Assembly: GCA_963665665.1 (NCBI GenBank)
Contig: OY762428.1
Coordinates: 5,376,001-5,440,000 of the forward strand
From: Candidatus Kapaibacterium sp.
Lineage (GTDB): Bacteria > Bacteroidota > Ignavibacteria > Kapaibacteriales > UBA2268
Direction: 5' to 3'
Length of the DNA stretch: 64,000 nucleotides
Positions within the stretch are counted from its first letter, which is position 1, and each line of letters opens with the position of its first letter. A program made the position numbers and the translations under genes. The notes under the pieces were generated by a model. It saw only the letters and a list, made by a program, of their open reading frames with translations, made no database searches and was not told the DNA's origin. Shown here one piece after another: positions 30,541 through 40,113 of the stretch.

Positions 30541-31566
30541 ATGAAAAAAATTTTATCCCTCTCGATTACAGCATTTGTAAGTATTTTATTATTATCAATT
30601 TATATACTATACAGCACAAACAACATCCCGGTTGTAAACTCTGTTATTGAACTCAATATTAAGAAGGGCAGCAGTTTTTTATCTGTAATTGAACTTGCAG
30701 AAAGCAAAGGCGTACTAAAACCGGCATGGCTTTTTAAACTTATCGGACGATATGTTGATAAAACCGAAGGCTCAAAGATTATTGCAGGTTACTATGAAAT
30801 TCCGCCGGGCCTCACGAATCTGGAAATTCTCAAGGCCTTGATGAATGGTAAATATCTGAGTACTATACGTCTTACTTTTACAGAAGGAAGAAGTTATTTG
30901 GATTACGCAGATATAATATCGCGAAAATCAAAAGTTGACGCTGATACATTCAAATACCTCTGTAAATCGGATTCCCTACTGAAGGCAAGGAAAATCCCGG
31001 CAAAAAATGTTGAAGGTTATCTTATGCCGGATACTTATGAATTTTTCTCCAACGCAACTCCTGAACAACTTATTGACAAGCTGCTGGACGAAGCTGAATT
31101 CTTTTGGTGCGAAACAAGGCTGGGGCAACTGAAAATATTGAAACGATCCAAGCACGAAATCCTGACTCTTGCCTCAATTATCGAGGCAGAAGCCATTGTT
31201 GCTGACGAAAAACAAAGAATAAGCGGAGTATATCACAACCGGTTAAAACGCGGCTGGCTTCTTCAGGCAGACCCAACGGTTCAGTTTGCAATAGGGGAAA
31301 AAAGAAAATTATTATACAAAGACCTTGACTTTGATCACCCATACAATACATATATGTATTCCGGGCTTCCACCGGCGCCGATAAACTGCCCAGGCAGATC
31401 ATCAATACTCGCAGCATTGAATCCTGAACAGCATGGATACATGTATTTTGTTGCTGTCGGCGACGGAAGTCACAGGCATAATTTTTCCCAAACACTTGCC
31501 GGGCACAACAGGTATAAGCGTATATTCAAAGCAAATGTAAAGGCATCACGAAACAGGGCACAATAG
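30541..31566 (+). CDS. mltG: Endolytic transglycosylase MltG
   Basis: EGYLMPDTY, LASIIEAE, NRLKRGWLLQADPT, PYNTY..GLPPAPI. Confidence 0.93.
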   Translation: MKKILSLSITAFVSILLLSIYILYSTNNIPVVNSVIELNIKKGSSFLSVIELAESKGVLKPAWLFKLIGRYVDKTEGSKIIAGYYEIPPGLTNLEILKALMNGKYLSTIRLTFTEGRSYLDYADIISRKSKVDADTFKYLCKSDSLLKARKIPAKNVEGYLMPDTYEFFSNATPEQLIDKLLDEAEFFWCETRLGQLKILKRSKHEILTLASIIEAEAIVADEKQRISGVYHNRLKRGWLLQADPTVQFAIGEKRKLLYKDLDFDHPYNTYMYSGLPPAPINCPGRSSILAALNPEQHGYMYFVAVGDGSHRHNFSQTLAGHNRYKRIFKANVKASRNRAQ

Positions 31567-31726
31567 ATATATCGATGAATTACAAAAACTTAGTGATCAG
31601 TAGACAGTTATTTATTAAAAATTAATTTTTATAATTGTAATATTTTTTGTTTTTTGTGGTTCTAAATTGTGTAATATTTTACACACTTTGGATTAGAATG
31701 TTATTTTCCTGTATTCGGGGACACAG

Positions 31727-32524
31727 ATGAAAGATTGGTTTCTTAGAAAATTTAAACTGCTAATATCAGTTCTTCTGCTAATATCGCTAATACCTTTAGC
31801 TCCTGTAACTCTTGATGCCAGGAAAAGAAATAAAAAAGCAAATGTAAGAAAACAAGCGATTGAAACAATCAGAAGCAGTTCGGAAATTGTAAGTGAATTA
31901 GCCGGACTGGAACCTGATATTCAAGAGGATACTCTTACAATTACAGACGAAACATGCCTGTTCGATGAAGGTGAAATACCGGAAGAGCTTGAAGAAGAAG
32001 ACGACATCACTGTTGACCTTGAAACATTCAAAACTCTCTGGCTTTCCTTTGTATCCGACGACGAAGATGAAGAATTTACCTACGCCGGTGTCCGTAAATC
32101 CGAAATTATGGATATTATCATGGACTGGCTCGGTACCAGATACCGTTACGGCGGGGTAACAGCCAGGGGTATTGATTGTTCTGCTTTCATGAGGCTTATA
32201 TACCGTGAAACTGCCAATATTGAACTGCCTCGTACTGCGAGGGTTCAGTGGCTTGTAGGTGATCATATACAAATAGATCGTCTGGAATTTGGGGATTTGG
32301 TATTTTTCCACACCCGCCGCAGGTATTATGTTTCTCACGTTGGTATTTATCTGGGCGATAATCTTTTTGCTCATGCAAGCTCAAGGTACGGTGTTACTGT
32401 ATCTTCACTTGAAAGTAAATACTACAGTAAAAGATTTATTGGAGCCAGAAGAATTACACCGAGAGAAATTGAAGAATTAAGCAGGAATAAAAACCAGGAC
32501 TCGGTACTAACCTCAAAGAATTAA
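31727..32524 (+). CDS. NlpC/P60 (C40) cell-wall peptidase
   Basis: GTRYRYGG..GIDCSAF, LPRTA, GDLVFF, SHVGIY..FAHASS. Confidence 0.92.
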   Translation: MKDWFLRKFKLLISVLLLISLIPLAPVTLDARKRNKKANVRKQAIETIRSSSEIVSELAGLEPDIQEDTLTITDETCLFDEGEIPEELEEEDDITVDLETFKTLWLSFVSDDEDEEFTYAGVRKSEIMDIIMDWLGTRYRYGGVTARGIDCSAFMRLIYRETANIELPRTARVQWLVGDHIQIDRLEFGDLVFFHTRRRYYVSHVGIYLGDNLFAHASSRYGVTVSSLESKYYSKRFIGARRITPREIEELSRNKNQDSVLTSKN

Positions 32525-32546
32525 TCTGGCCTGAAATATTTAAAAG

Positions 32547-32581
32547 AAGCCTGAATTTATTGATATAAGTTCAGGCTTTTT
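32547..32581. terminator. Terminator between convergent genes
   Basis: aagcctgaatttat-tgat-ataagttcaggctttt. Confidence 0.7.
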
Positions 32582-32602
32582 AAAATAATATCGGGGGTCT
32601 TT

Positions 32603-33802
32603 TTACACTCCGGGCAATGTAAAGCAAACACATGTTCCCTTCCATTGTTCACTTTCTATCCAAAGTTCGCCATTATTTTTCTGTATAAATTCCCTGCAAA
32701 GAATCAACCCCAAACCGGTACCACTTTCATTTTCGGTACCTTTTGTGGTATGATGTTCTTCAATTTTGAATGCTTTTTCAATATCTTCGCCAGACATTCC
32801 AATCCCTGTATCTTTAACTTTGATAAGAATATCATCTCCTCGTTCTTCAGCCACAATGGATATCGTACCGTCCCTTTCGGTAAATTTTATTGAATTGGAG
32901 ACCAAATTCCTTATTACTGTATTTACAGAATTAATATCAGCAAAAACCATCAAATCATCTGATACTTCACATATCAAATCAATATTCTTATTTTTTGCAT
33001 TCATATTTAGCAAGGAAATAACATCTTCTGTGATATTTTTAAGGTGGAAAGGTTCCGGAGAAACACTGAGGCTTCCTGTTTGTGTTCGAGACCAGTCAAG
33101 AAGGTTCTCCAGAAGCTCATAAAGATTTTTTGCTGAATCATTCATTAAGGTTAGGAATTCCAATTTATCTTCTTCATCCATTTCATCATAATCCTGAACA
33201 AGTAATTCAAGAATATTTTTAAAAGACCCAATCGGATTTTTCAGGTCATGAGCAATTATGGAGAAGAAGGTATCTTTTGTACTGTTTGCTTCCTTTAAAT
33301 CCTTTTCAGATTTTGTTAAAGCCCTAAGTGCCTGACGTCTGTGAGTAATCTCTTCACTCAGTTTTTTATTATTCTGTTCAAGAATAGAATTTCTCTCTTT
33401 CTCCCTGTTTATAAACCTCATATACAATGTTATTAGCCTGGAAAGCTCGATTTCAGTAAAAGGTTTGGATAAGTAGTCAATACCACCGGATTCAAAGCCA
33501 TATTTCATTTTTTCCTTAGTAGGATCGCTGGCAGTCATGAAAACTATCGGAATATGAGCAAACCTGTCCTGGGACCTGATTATACGAGATGCCTTAAAAC
33601 CGTCAACCTCAGGCATTATAACATCCATGAGTATTAAATCAATTTCATGATTACCGATTAGCCTGAGCGCAGCCATAGCATGTTCTGCCTCGAAAACTTC
33701 AATATCTAAATTTCTTTTAATCATATTGACAATAGTTTTTCTTGTTATTTCACTATCATCAACGATAAGAATTTCAAATTTTTTTTCGGTTTTATCAGCC
33801 AT
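32603..33802 (-). CDS. Hybrid response regulator/histidine kinase (REC-HisKA-HATPase)
   Basis: ILIVDD...LILMDVIMP; AHDLKNP; NLVSNSIKFT; DTGIGM; GTGLGL. Start at ATG 33802. Confidence 0.93.
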   Translation of the reverse strand: MADKTEKKFEILIVDDSEITRKTIVNMIKRNLDIEVFEAEHAMAALRLIGNHEIDLILMDVIMPEVDGFKASRIIRSQDRFAHIPIVFMTASDPTKEKMKYGFESGGIDYLSKPFTEIELSRLITLYMRFINREKERNSILEQNNKKLSEEITHRRQALRALTKSEKDLKEANSTKDTFFSIIAHDLKNPIGSFKNILELLVQDYDEMDEEDKLEFLTLMNDSAKNLYELLENLLDWSRTQTGSLSVSPEPFHLKNITEDVISLLNMNAKNKNIDLICEVSDDLMVFADINSVNTVIRNLVSNSIKFTERDGTISIVAEERGDDILIKVKDTGIGMSGEDIEKAFKIEEHHTTKGTENESGTGLGLILCREFIQKNNGELWIESEQWKGTCVCFTLPGV

Positions 33803-33903
33803 CTTTGTACCCCGTAAAAAATTATTATTTATTAATTCATTTACGGAAAGTACGAAAAAATATTTATTGTTTTTATATTTTTTAACAGAATTATTTAATT
33901 TAT

Positions 33904-35112
33904 TCAATCAAGCTTTGCAGCTGGAACTGTAAAACACACTCCGGTACCGTCTCCCTCATCGCTTTCTATCCAAAGTTCGCCTTTGTTTTTTTCAACAAAT
34001 TCCTTGCAAAGGATTAGCCCCAGTCCCGTACCGGCCTCGTCGTTAGTTCCCCTTGTAGTATGGTGAGTATCAATTCTGAAAACTTTATCAATATCTTCCC
34101 TGCTCATACCAACGCCACTATCCTTAACCATTACCATGTAGTTATCCTTAATTTGTCCGGCACTAATCAAGATATTACCGCCTTCAGGAGTAAATTTTAT
34201 TGCATTTGAAATTAAATTTCTAATAACGGTTCTCAGGCTGTTCATATCAGCAAAAACCTTCACTTCATGGGGGATAATATTTGAAATTCTAATATTTTTC
34301 TTCTCTGCATTCATTTCCAACAGAGATATTGATAATTGAGATAATTTCCTTAAAGAAATGGCTTCCGGTTCAATTGTAAGCTTACCTGTTTGAGTTCTCG
34401 ACCAATCAAGAAGATTCTCAAGCAACTGGTATAAAATTTTAGCAGAATTGTTCAAAGCTGTAATAAATTCAAACTTTTCCTCTTCTACCATCTCCTTGAA
34501 ATCTTCTACAAGCATCTGGAGAATATTTTTAAAAGACCCAAGCGGATTTTTCAGGTCGTGGGCGATTATTGAAAAGAATGTATCTTTTGTCCTGTTAGCT
34601 TCCTTTAATTCTTTTTCAGATGATTTAAGATCAAGTACTGCCTTTTGTCTCTTGGCAATTTCTTCATTTAGTTTTAAATTATTATCTTCAAGAATTGAAT
34701 TAATGTGCCTTTCACGCTTGATAAACCTGATATAAAGATTTACAAGCCGAAGTAATTCAATCCTTGTAAATGGCTTTATCAAATAATCAATACCACCGGA
34801 TTCAAACCCTTTTTCCATTACTTCCTCGGTCGGCTCGGATTCAGTCATGAACACTAAGGGTATATGCTGATATTTTTCTGTTTCATGAATAATCTGTGAT
34901 GCTTTTATACCGTCAACTTCAGGCATCATAATATCCATAAGTACCAGGTCCACATTTTTATTATGAATAATCCCCATAGCATTCAGTGCATTATCAGCCT
35001 CGTAAACAATCAACCCGCTGTTTTGGTTTAACATCTTTAGAATTGATTCCCTTGTTTTTGCATTGTCATCGACAATAAGAATCGAAAACTTGTTTTCAGG
35101 AGAATTTTTCAT
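33904..35112 (-). CDS. Hybrid response regulator/histidine kinase (paralog of the neighbour)
   Basis: ILIVDD...LVLMDIMMP; AHDLKNP; NLISNAIKFT; DSGVGM; GTGLGL. Confidence 0.93.
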   Translation of the reverse strand: MKNSPENKFSILIVDDNAKTRESILKMLNQNSGLIVYEADNALNAMGIIHNKNVDLVLMDIMMPEVDGIKASQIIHETEKYQHIPLVFMTESEPTEEVMEKGFESGGIDYLIKPFTRIELLRLVNLYIRFIKRERHINSILEDNNLKLNEEIAKRQKAVLDLKSSEKELKEANRTKDTFFSIIAHDLKNPLGSFKNILQMLVEDFKEMVEEEKFEFITALNNSAKILYQLLENLLDWSRTQTGKLTIEPEAISLRKLSQLSISLLEMNAEKKNIRISNIIPHEVKVFADMNSLRTVIRNLISNAIKFTPEGGNILISAGQIKDNYMVMVKDSGVGMSREDIDKVFRIDTHHTTRGTNDEAGTGLGLILCKEFVEKNKGELWIESDEGDGTGVCFTVPAAKLD

Positions 35113-35129
35113 GATTTCACCAAGTGTTA

Positions 35130-35609
35130 TTATTCAGATAAGATAGAACCAGTAATTTCATTAAAATCAGGAATAGAATCAAGAAAAACTGCCTTACCGT
35201 TATACTGGTTAATTTTTGCAATATAATGTTCAATACCGTTTGTAACAATCATAAAATTTACATTTAATACGGAATTATACACTGCGGCCTGGTTGAATGC
35301 AGCCTGAGTTATCTTAACATCAGGAGCCTTGAACTCTAATATCAACACGGGATATCCTGCCTTATTATAAAAAACAGCATCAAACCGTTTATTTCTACCG
35401 GAGATTTTCAGGCTACGCTCTATGCTTAGCAATCCGGCAGGATAATTCAGATAATCTACAAGGTATACCAAAAAATTTTGCCTTACCCATTCTTCCGGAG
35501 TCAGAACAAGTTGCTTGTTCCTAAAGCGGTCGAAAACCATTAGCCTGCTCCCGGATTTATTTATACTAAGCCTGGTTTCCGGCAGGTTCAACTCCGGCAG
35601 GTTTGTCAT
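35130..35609 (-). CDS. Stand-alone type I restriction HsdR N-terminal-domain protein
   Basis: LTPEEWVRQ, RFDAVF...ILEFKAP (PD-(D/E)xK-like), QAAVYN, VTNG. Confidence 0.85.
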   Translation of the reverse strand: MTNLPELNLPETRLSINKSGSRLMVFDRFRNKQLVLTPEEWVRQNFLVYLVDYLNYPAGLLSIERSLKISGRNKRFDAVFYNKAGYPVLILEFKAPDVKITQAAFNQAAVYNSVLNVNFMIVTNGIEHYIAKINQYNGKAVFLDSIPDFNEITGSILSE

Positions 35610-35935
35610 ATTAATAGTTTATTATTGTTCAAATGCCTTTCTTTGTCTCTTTCCGATTTTTTCTTAAAATTCTTTTTCAATGCATCTGTTAAATCCGTAC
35701 CTGTTTGATTGGCAAGGCAAATCAACACCCAAAGAACATCTGCCATTTCATCAGCAAGGTTCAAATTCTCTTCACCTTCTTTGTAGGACTGGTCTCCAAA
35801 TTTCCTTGCAAATATCCTTGCCAGTTCACCTACTTCCTCCGTAAGAATAGCCATGTTAGTCAATTCACTAAAATATCTTACTCCAGTTGTTTTAATCCAT
35901 TTGTCAACCTGCTTCTGTGCTTCTTCAATCGTCAT
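35606..35935 (-). CDS. MazG-like nucleotide pyrophosphohydrolase
   Basis: LTEEVGELAR...DEMADVLWVLICLANQTG. Confidence 0.9.
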   Translation of the reverse strand: MTIEEAQKQVDKWIKTTGVRYFSELTNMAILTEEVGELARIFARKFGDQSYKEGEENLNLADEMADVLWVLICLANQTGTDLTDALKKNFKKKSERDKERHLNNNKLLI

Positions 35936-35953
35936 AATTATTCCGTAATATTT

Positions 35954-36709
35954 CTAATCTATTCTTTTTCCAACGGCGGAAAGGTAAATCGTAAACTCAT
36001 CTTTTCCGTCAACACCAATCAGTTTATCTGTTTCTGCCTGGTAATAAGCACCAATGGCACATGTACCGGCATTAATCGCTTCACAGGCAATGTACAAATT
36101 CTGGCAAACATGGCCGACATCAATAGCAATCACTTTTGCTGCTGCAAGATCATAACGCCATTCCATCCTGTATGGCAGGGCAGTCCAGGCAAACGTAACA
36201 GCAGCTTCCCCGGCAAAAGGTTGATTCATTACTGCAAGCGATATCTTTGCACCAACATTTTCGTCCATTTTCAACATTATCAGAGAGTGTTCCAATGGTA
36301 AATACCTGTATAGACCTTTGGCCAGGCCTTCAACATTCATTACGCAGAGATATGTTTCAAATGCATGCCTGCATCCTGCCGAGGGTACAGTACGCAGGGC
36401 ATGGCCTTCATCAATTACTCTTTTTATTCCCTGAGTAGCCCATATAAGAAATGAGAGTTCCTTCAGGGATAATGGCTTTTTACTGTAATTCCTTATACTT
36501 TTTCGTCCGGCTAGGGCATCAAGAACATTTACATCCTTAAAATCAGTTTTGCCGAATTGCGGCAACTCGATAAATGAAGAATTCCCCGGGACTTTTTTCT
36601 GTAGTGGTGGTGCAGGAACCCCTCTGTTTTGTGGCGTTCCTCCAAAATCAATCTCCATCCTTATTGAATCTTTAAGAAAATACCGTAAATCGTCAATAGT
36701 TTTATTCAT
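35954..36709 (-). CDS. SagB/ThcOx-family nitroreductase-like dehydrogenase
   Basis: RKSIRNYS, LRTVPSAG..H.FE, DVGHVCQNLY, GTCAIGAY. Confidence 0.88.
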   Translation of the reverse strand: MNKTIDDLRYFLKDSIRMEIDFGGTPQNRGVPAPPLQKKVPGNSSFIELPQFGKTDFKDVNVLDALAGRKSIRNYSKKPLSLKELSFLIWATQGIKRVIDEGHALRTVPSAGCRHAFETYLCVMNVEGLAKGLYRYLPLEHSLIMLKMDENVGAKISLAVMNQPFAGEAAVTFAWTALPYRMEWRYDLAAAKVIAIDVGHVCQNLYIACEAINAGTCAIGAYYQAETDKLIGVDGKDEFTIYLSAVGKRID

Positions 36710-36807
36710 AATCCCTTCCGTTAGTTCAACACATTGCAAGATAATAATTATATTACTAAAACGTAAAACTTCAAAATTAAATGTATCAGTATTTTCGGAA
36801 TATTTTT

Positions 36808-37488
36808 ATGCAAACTGAAGAAATAATAGAAAAATTGAAATCAATGGGTAACCCCGTTTACTCAGATTCTAACAACAAGCTTGGTATAGAAGGAGTAAAA
36901 GTCCTCGGTGTAGGAGTAACAAAGATAAAAAAACTTGCAAAAGAAATTAAGAAGAACCATGAGTTAGCTTTGAAATTATGGGATGAACCTTATATTGAGA
37001 CAAAATTATTATCAGTGTTTATTGAAAACCCAAAAGAAGTAAGCCTGGAACAGATCAAAGAACAAATTCCTAATTCACGTGGATTTATGCTGGCTGATTA
37101 TTATGCCGAATACATAACGGTTAAAACCAAATACACTGATGAACTGATTAAAGAATGGACAATTTCCGGGAACAATCATATCAAAAAAGCAGGATACGCA
37201 TTATTATACATAAAAGCCAAAAAAGATAAAAAAGCTGATAATGATTTCTTCCGTCCCTTTATTCCGATAATCGAAAATGAACTTCAGGATTCTGAAAACT
37301 GGGTAAAAGAATCAATGAATTATTGCCTTATGTATATTGGCGCAAGGAGTAAAGAATTAAATCAGTTATGCCTTGATGCAGCAAAGAAAATCGGTAAAGT
37401 CACAATTGATTACGGTGAAACATCATGCATGACAGTGGATTCGATCAAATTTCTGAAATCAGAAAATGTACAAAGAAAATTGTATTGA
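36808..37488 (+). CDS. DNA alkylation repair protein (AlkD-like)
   Basis: LGV..IKKLAKEIKKNHELALKLW, WVKESMNYCL.YIGAR, IGKVTIDYGETSC. Confidence 0.82.
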   Translation: MQTEEIIEKLKSMGNPVYSDSNNKLGIEGVKVLGVGVTKIKKLAKEIKKNHELALKLWDEPYIETKLLSVFIENPKEVSLEQIKEQIPNSRGFMLADYYAEYITVKTKYTDELIKEWTISGNNHIKKAGYALLYIKAKKDKKADNDFFRPFIPIIENELQDSENWVKESMNYCLMYIGARSKELNQLCLDAAKKIGKVTIDYGETSCMTVDSIKFLKSENVQRKLY

Positions 37489-37641
37489 CCGGATATTAAT
37501 TAATACCGCTTAAGCAGTAATTCAGTCTAAGGCTTATTAAACAAATCATGAAACCGCAGAATTTTTTTTCGCAGTGTTTGATTATTCCAATACGGATTAC
37601 AATACCTTCCAAACACTCCCCGAACTGCAGGGCTGCGCACT

Positions 37642-37663
37642 AAGCCACTCATATTGGCTTTTT
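37642..37663 (+). terminator. Possible terminator
   Basis: aagcca-ctcatat-tggctt followed by a T run. Confidence 0.4.
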
Positions 37664-37728
37664 ACGATATTCTTTTACATTCAATAAACATATTTTATTA
37701 TAATATACCGGGATTATTAGCTATAGTT

Positions 37729-37998
37729 GCGTTGATTTGCCTCATCTGAGCGTTGGTTTGTCTCATCTGAGCGTTGGTTTGTCTCATCTGAGCGTTGGTT
37801 TGCCTCATCTGAACGTTGGTTTGCCTCATCTGAACGTTGGTTTGCCTCATCTGAACGTTGGTTTGCCTCATCTGAACGTTGGTTTGCCTCATCTGAGCGT
37901 TGGTTTGTCTCATCTGAGCGTTGGTTTGCCTCATCTGAGCGTTGGTTTGTCTCATCTGAGCGTTGGTTTGTCTCATCTGAGCGTTGGTTTGTCTCATC
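37729..37998. repeat. Tandem repeat, about 13 x 21 bp (RCGTTGGTTTGYCTCATCTGA)
   Basis: Units start every 21 nt from 37729 to 37981. Only two polymorphic positions plus one G>A change in the first unit; no spacers. Confidence 0.97.
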
Positions 37999-38550
37999 AA
38001 AGTAATATTTTTTCAAATAATTTTTAAATTTCACCCCAAAAAATGAATAAAGCTCCCTTTACCCGGGCTTTTCACATACTTTCAAATCGTTTATAGAGCT
38101 ATCGAAATTATCTTTTAAGACGTAATTTCACTCATTCCAAGGAAAAGATTCCCTTATAGATATAAATTATGCACTATTGAGAGTGGCAGAACTATAAAAT
38201 ACGTCCGGATTTCAATTTATAAGGAATCAGTATTACACTATAATCTTACATATATCAGAAAAACTAATGGTATTTCGGAATTAATCAGCAGAAATTTGCA
38301 AATATTATGAAGCCCAAGGCTCAGGTGGCAAGTGCTATCGGGATTATCAGATTAAGGAAGCAGAGTAAGTTAACTTTCCGGGGTATTGGCATGATTAGAA
38401 AAAAGATGTTGTTCACATCAGGTTTTCATCGGAATAGCAACTTTAAGTGATAGTTCCGTCTGTTTCCAGATATAAAACAATTATTACATGTTAAAAACCA
38501 TACTGCTTATTTGTTCCTGAAAACTGATATTTTCAAAGTATTGGGTATCT

Positions 38551-38578
38551 AAAAAAAAATCCCGGAAGAACCGGGATT
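38551..38578 (-). terminator. Terminator of the tRNA transcript
   Basis: aaaaaaaaatcccgg-aagaa-ccgggatt immediately 3' of the tRNA. Confidence 0.8.
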
Positions 38579-38584
38579 ATTATG

Positions 38585-38656
38585 TAGCGCATAGGGGAAT
38601 CGAACCCCTGTTACCGGCGTGAGAGGCCGGCGTCCTAACCGCTAGACGAATGCGCC
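38585..38656 (-). tRNA. tRNA-Glu (anticodon CTC), CCA not encoded
   Basis: Reverse complement GGCGCATTCGTCTAGCGGTTAGGACGCCGGCCT-CTC-ACGCCGGTAACAGGGGTTCGATTCCCCTATGCGCTA folds into a cloverleaf with a TTCGA T-loop. Confidence 0.96.
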
Positions 38657-38665
38657 AGAACAATA

Positions 38666-38673
38666 CAAAATTA
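38666..38673 (-). promoter_or_regulatory. Bacteroidota/Chlorobi-type -7 promoter element (TAATTTTG) for the tRNA
   Basis: Matches TAnnTTTG about 10 nt upstream of the tRNA 5' end. Similar elements at 40924-40931 (+), 47836-47843 (-) and 62830-62837 (-). Confidence 0.55.
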
Positions 38674-38936
38674 CTAATTATTTGTGTAAAAAAAAATAAT
38701 TATGACTATCAGGATATTTATCTTATTATTTGTATGAAATAAAAATATTTAGCTGATGGGAATTATTTGTGTTTCAAGATTTAGTGAATGCTTAAGCCAT
38801 TTTTTTCTTCTTAAAAAACAGAACTTTTATTATATTATGATGTTTAGGATTATGATTAGCTCGGCCATAATATGATTGTGCGTACTCAAGTAATTTGAAA
38901 ATAATTTTTTGTTACCATAAACACGAGGTTCTTAGT

Positions 38937-40085
38937 ATGCGTCCTTTTTACAGGTTTGTGCATAAAGGGTTAATTCTCTTTTTTTGCGTGGCGCTAATGG
39001 CTCCAATATCTGCCGGAGCCGGGGAATACATCGAGGTAAGCAAGGATTTCACCCTGTTTACATCAAAGAATATGCAGGGATATTTGAAACCATTGTTTAC
39101 ATCCGTTGAAGAAAGTTTCAATTCTAATTTCTTTACTACTGCCAACTACAAAGAAGAATGGTCTATTGCCCTGGATATTTCCGTAAACGGCATGTTCATC
39201 CCAAGCAGCAACAGAACTTATGATGCCGAAATGCCTGACCTTTACGGCCAGACTGACATCGTTGATGTTGCCCAGTTACGTGATGGCTCAACAAACAGGA
39301 ACAATGTTCCGGGAATGATTAAACAGCCGACTATTTATGGTGGTATGTCCTACCCTGTTTTTTCAGCTCCGCAAAATCACCTGGATCCGGATTCCCTTTA
39401 CAAATCCGTTGCTTTCGTAGAAGGTAATGATATCAGCTTCATGTCAGGTATTCCTGCATTCCAGCTGATGATGGGCTTCCCTACAAGAACACAGCTTAGG
39501 ATTCGTAGTTGGGGTGTACCGAATGTGCAGGATGAAACATTATTCTATTTTGCTTTCAATATCAACCAGCAGATCGATCATTTCTTCGATATGTTTGGTG
39601 AAGACAAATCATTGGCATTAGCTTTAAATTTCGGATACCACATGATGAACCGCGGCAAAGGCCTTTCGATGAATTCTTTATCTTTCGGTGCTCATTTCAG
39701 CAAAACATGGGAAAGCGGTATTTTTGCTTATGCAGCAGCCCAATATGAAAATGTTGGCGGTGAGTTCAAAGCTATCAGAACAAATTTCAATCCTGACGAT
39801 GTAGCTAACAGCCCTTATAAAGAAATTCGCGATGGCGATCCACTTGAATTTGACATTGAAGGGCTGAATTCATACAGAATTCTTGGAGGGCTTGGATACC
39901 GCTATGGTATTCTTGAACTTCACCTTGATGCAGGATGGGCTGAACAGCCAATTGTCTCCACTGGTATAACATTCTGGATAGCTTCGTGGGGCGGCAAGAA
40001 AAAAGAAAAAGAACATATCGAGCAGTTCGAAGAGATCGAACGTATCGAAAGAGTTAAAAAAGAAGAAAAACGCGAAACGAAATAA
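38937..40085 (+). CDS. Putative outer-membrane beta-barrel protein (DUF6588-like)
   Basis: Signal peptide; GYLKPLF..FNSNFFTTA; alternating beta strands ending STGITFW; GAGG RBS. Confidence 0.55.
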   Translation: MRPFYRFVHKGLILFFCVALMAPISAGAGEYIEVSKDFTLFTSKNMQGYLKPLFTSVEESFNSNFFTTANYKEEWSIALDISVNGMFIPSSNRTYDAEMPDLYGQTDIVDVAQLRDGSTNRNNVPGMIKQPTIYGGMSYPVFSAPQNHLDPDSLYKSVAFVEGNDISFMSGIPAFQLMMGFPTRTQLRIRSWGVPNVQDETLFYFAFNINQQIDHFFDMFGEDKSLALALNFGYHMMNRGKGLSMNSLSFGAHFSKTWESGIFAYAAAQYENVGGEFKAIRTNFNPDDVANSPYKEIRDGDPLEFDIEGLNSYRILGGLGYRYGILELHLDAGWAEQPIVSTGITFWIASWGGKKKEKEHIEQFEEIERIERVKKEEKRETK

Positions 40086-40113
40086 AATGAATAATTTTAA
40101 AAGGATAAATAAA

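Noticed and set aside
35130-35609. Type I restriction-modification system
   Set aside because: Only a 159-aa HsdR N-terminal domain; no helicase, hsdM or hsdS.
35705-36301. 198-aa plus-strand ORF and the other short overlapping ORFs in the track
   Set aside because: They are antisense or out-of-frame shadows of well-supported genes and have no recognisable motifs.
35954-36709. RiPP (thiazole/oxazole) biosynthetic cluster
   Set aside because: The SagB-like gene has no YcaO, precursor peptide or transporter nearby; stand-alone nitroreductase-like members are common.
37729-37998. CRISPR array
   Set aside because: Units are head-to-tail with no unique spacers, and no cas genes are present.
38307-38450. 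47-aa plus-strand ORF (MKPKAQVASAIG...)
   Set aside because: No RBS and no recognisable motif; the length is compatible with chance.
36808-38656. Intact prophage or integrative element at tRNA-Glu
   Set aside because: No integrase, phage genes or duplicated att sequence seen in the window.
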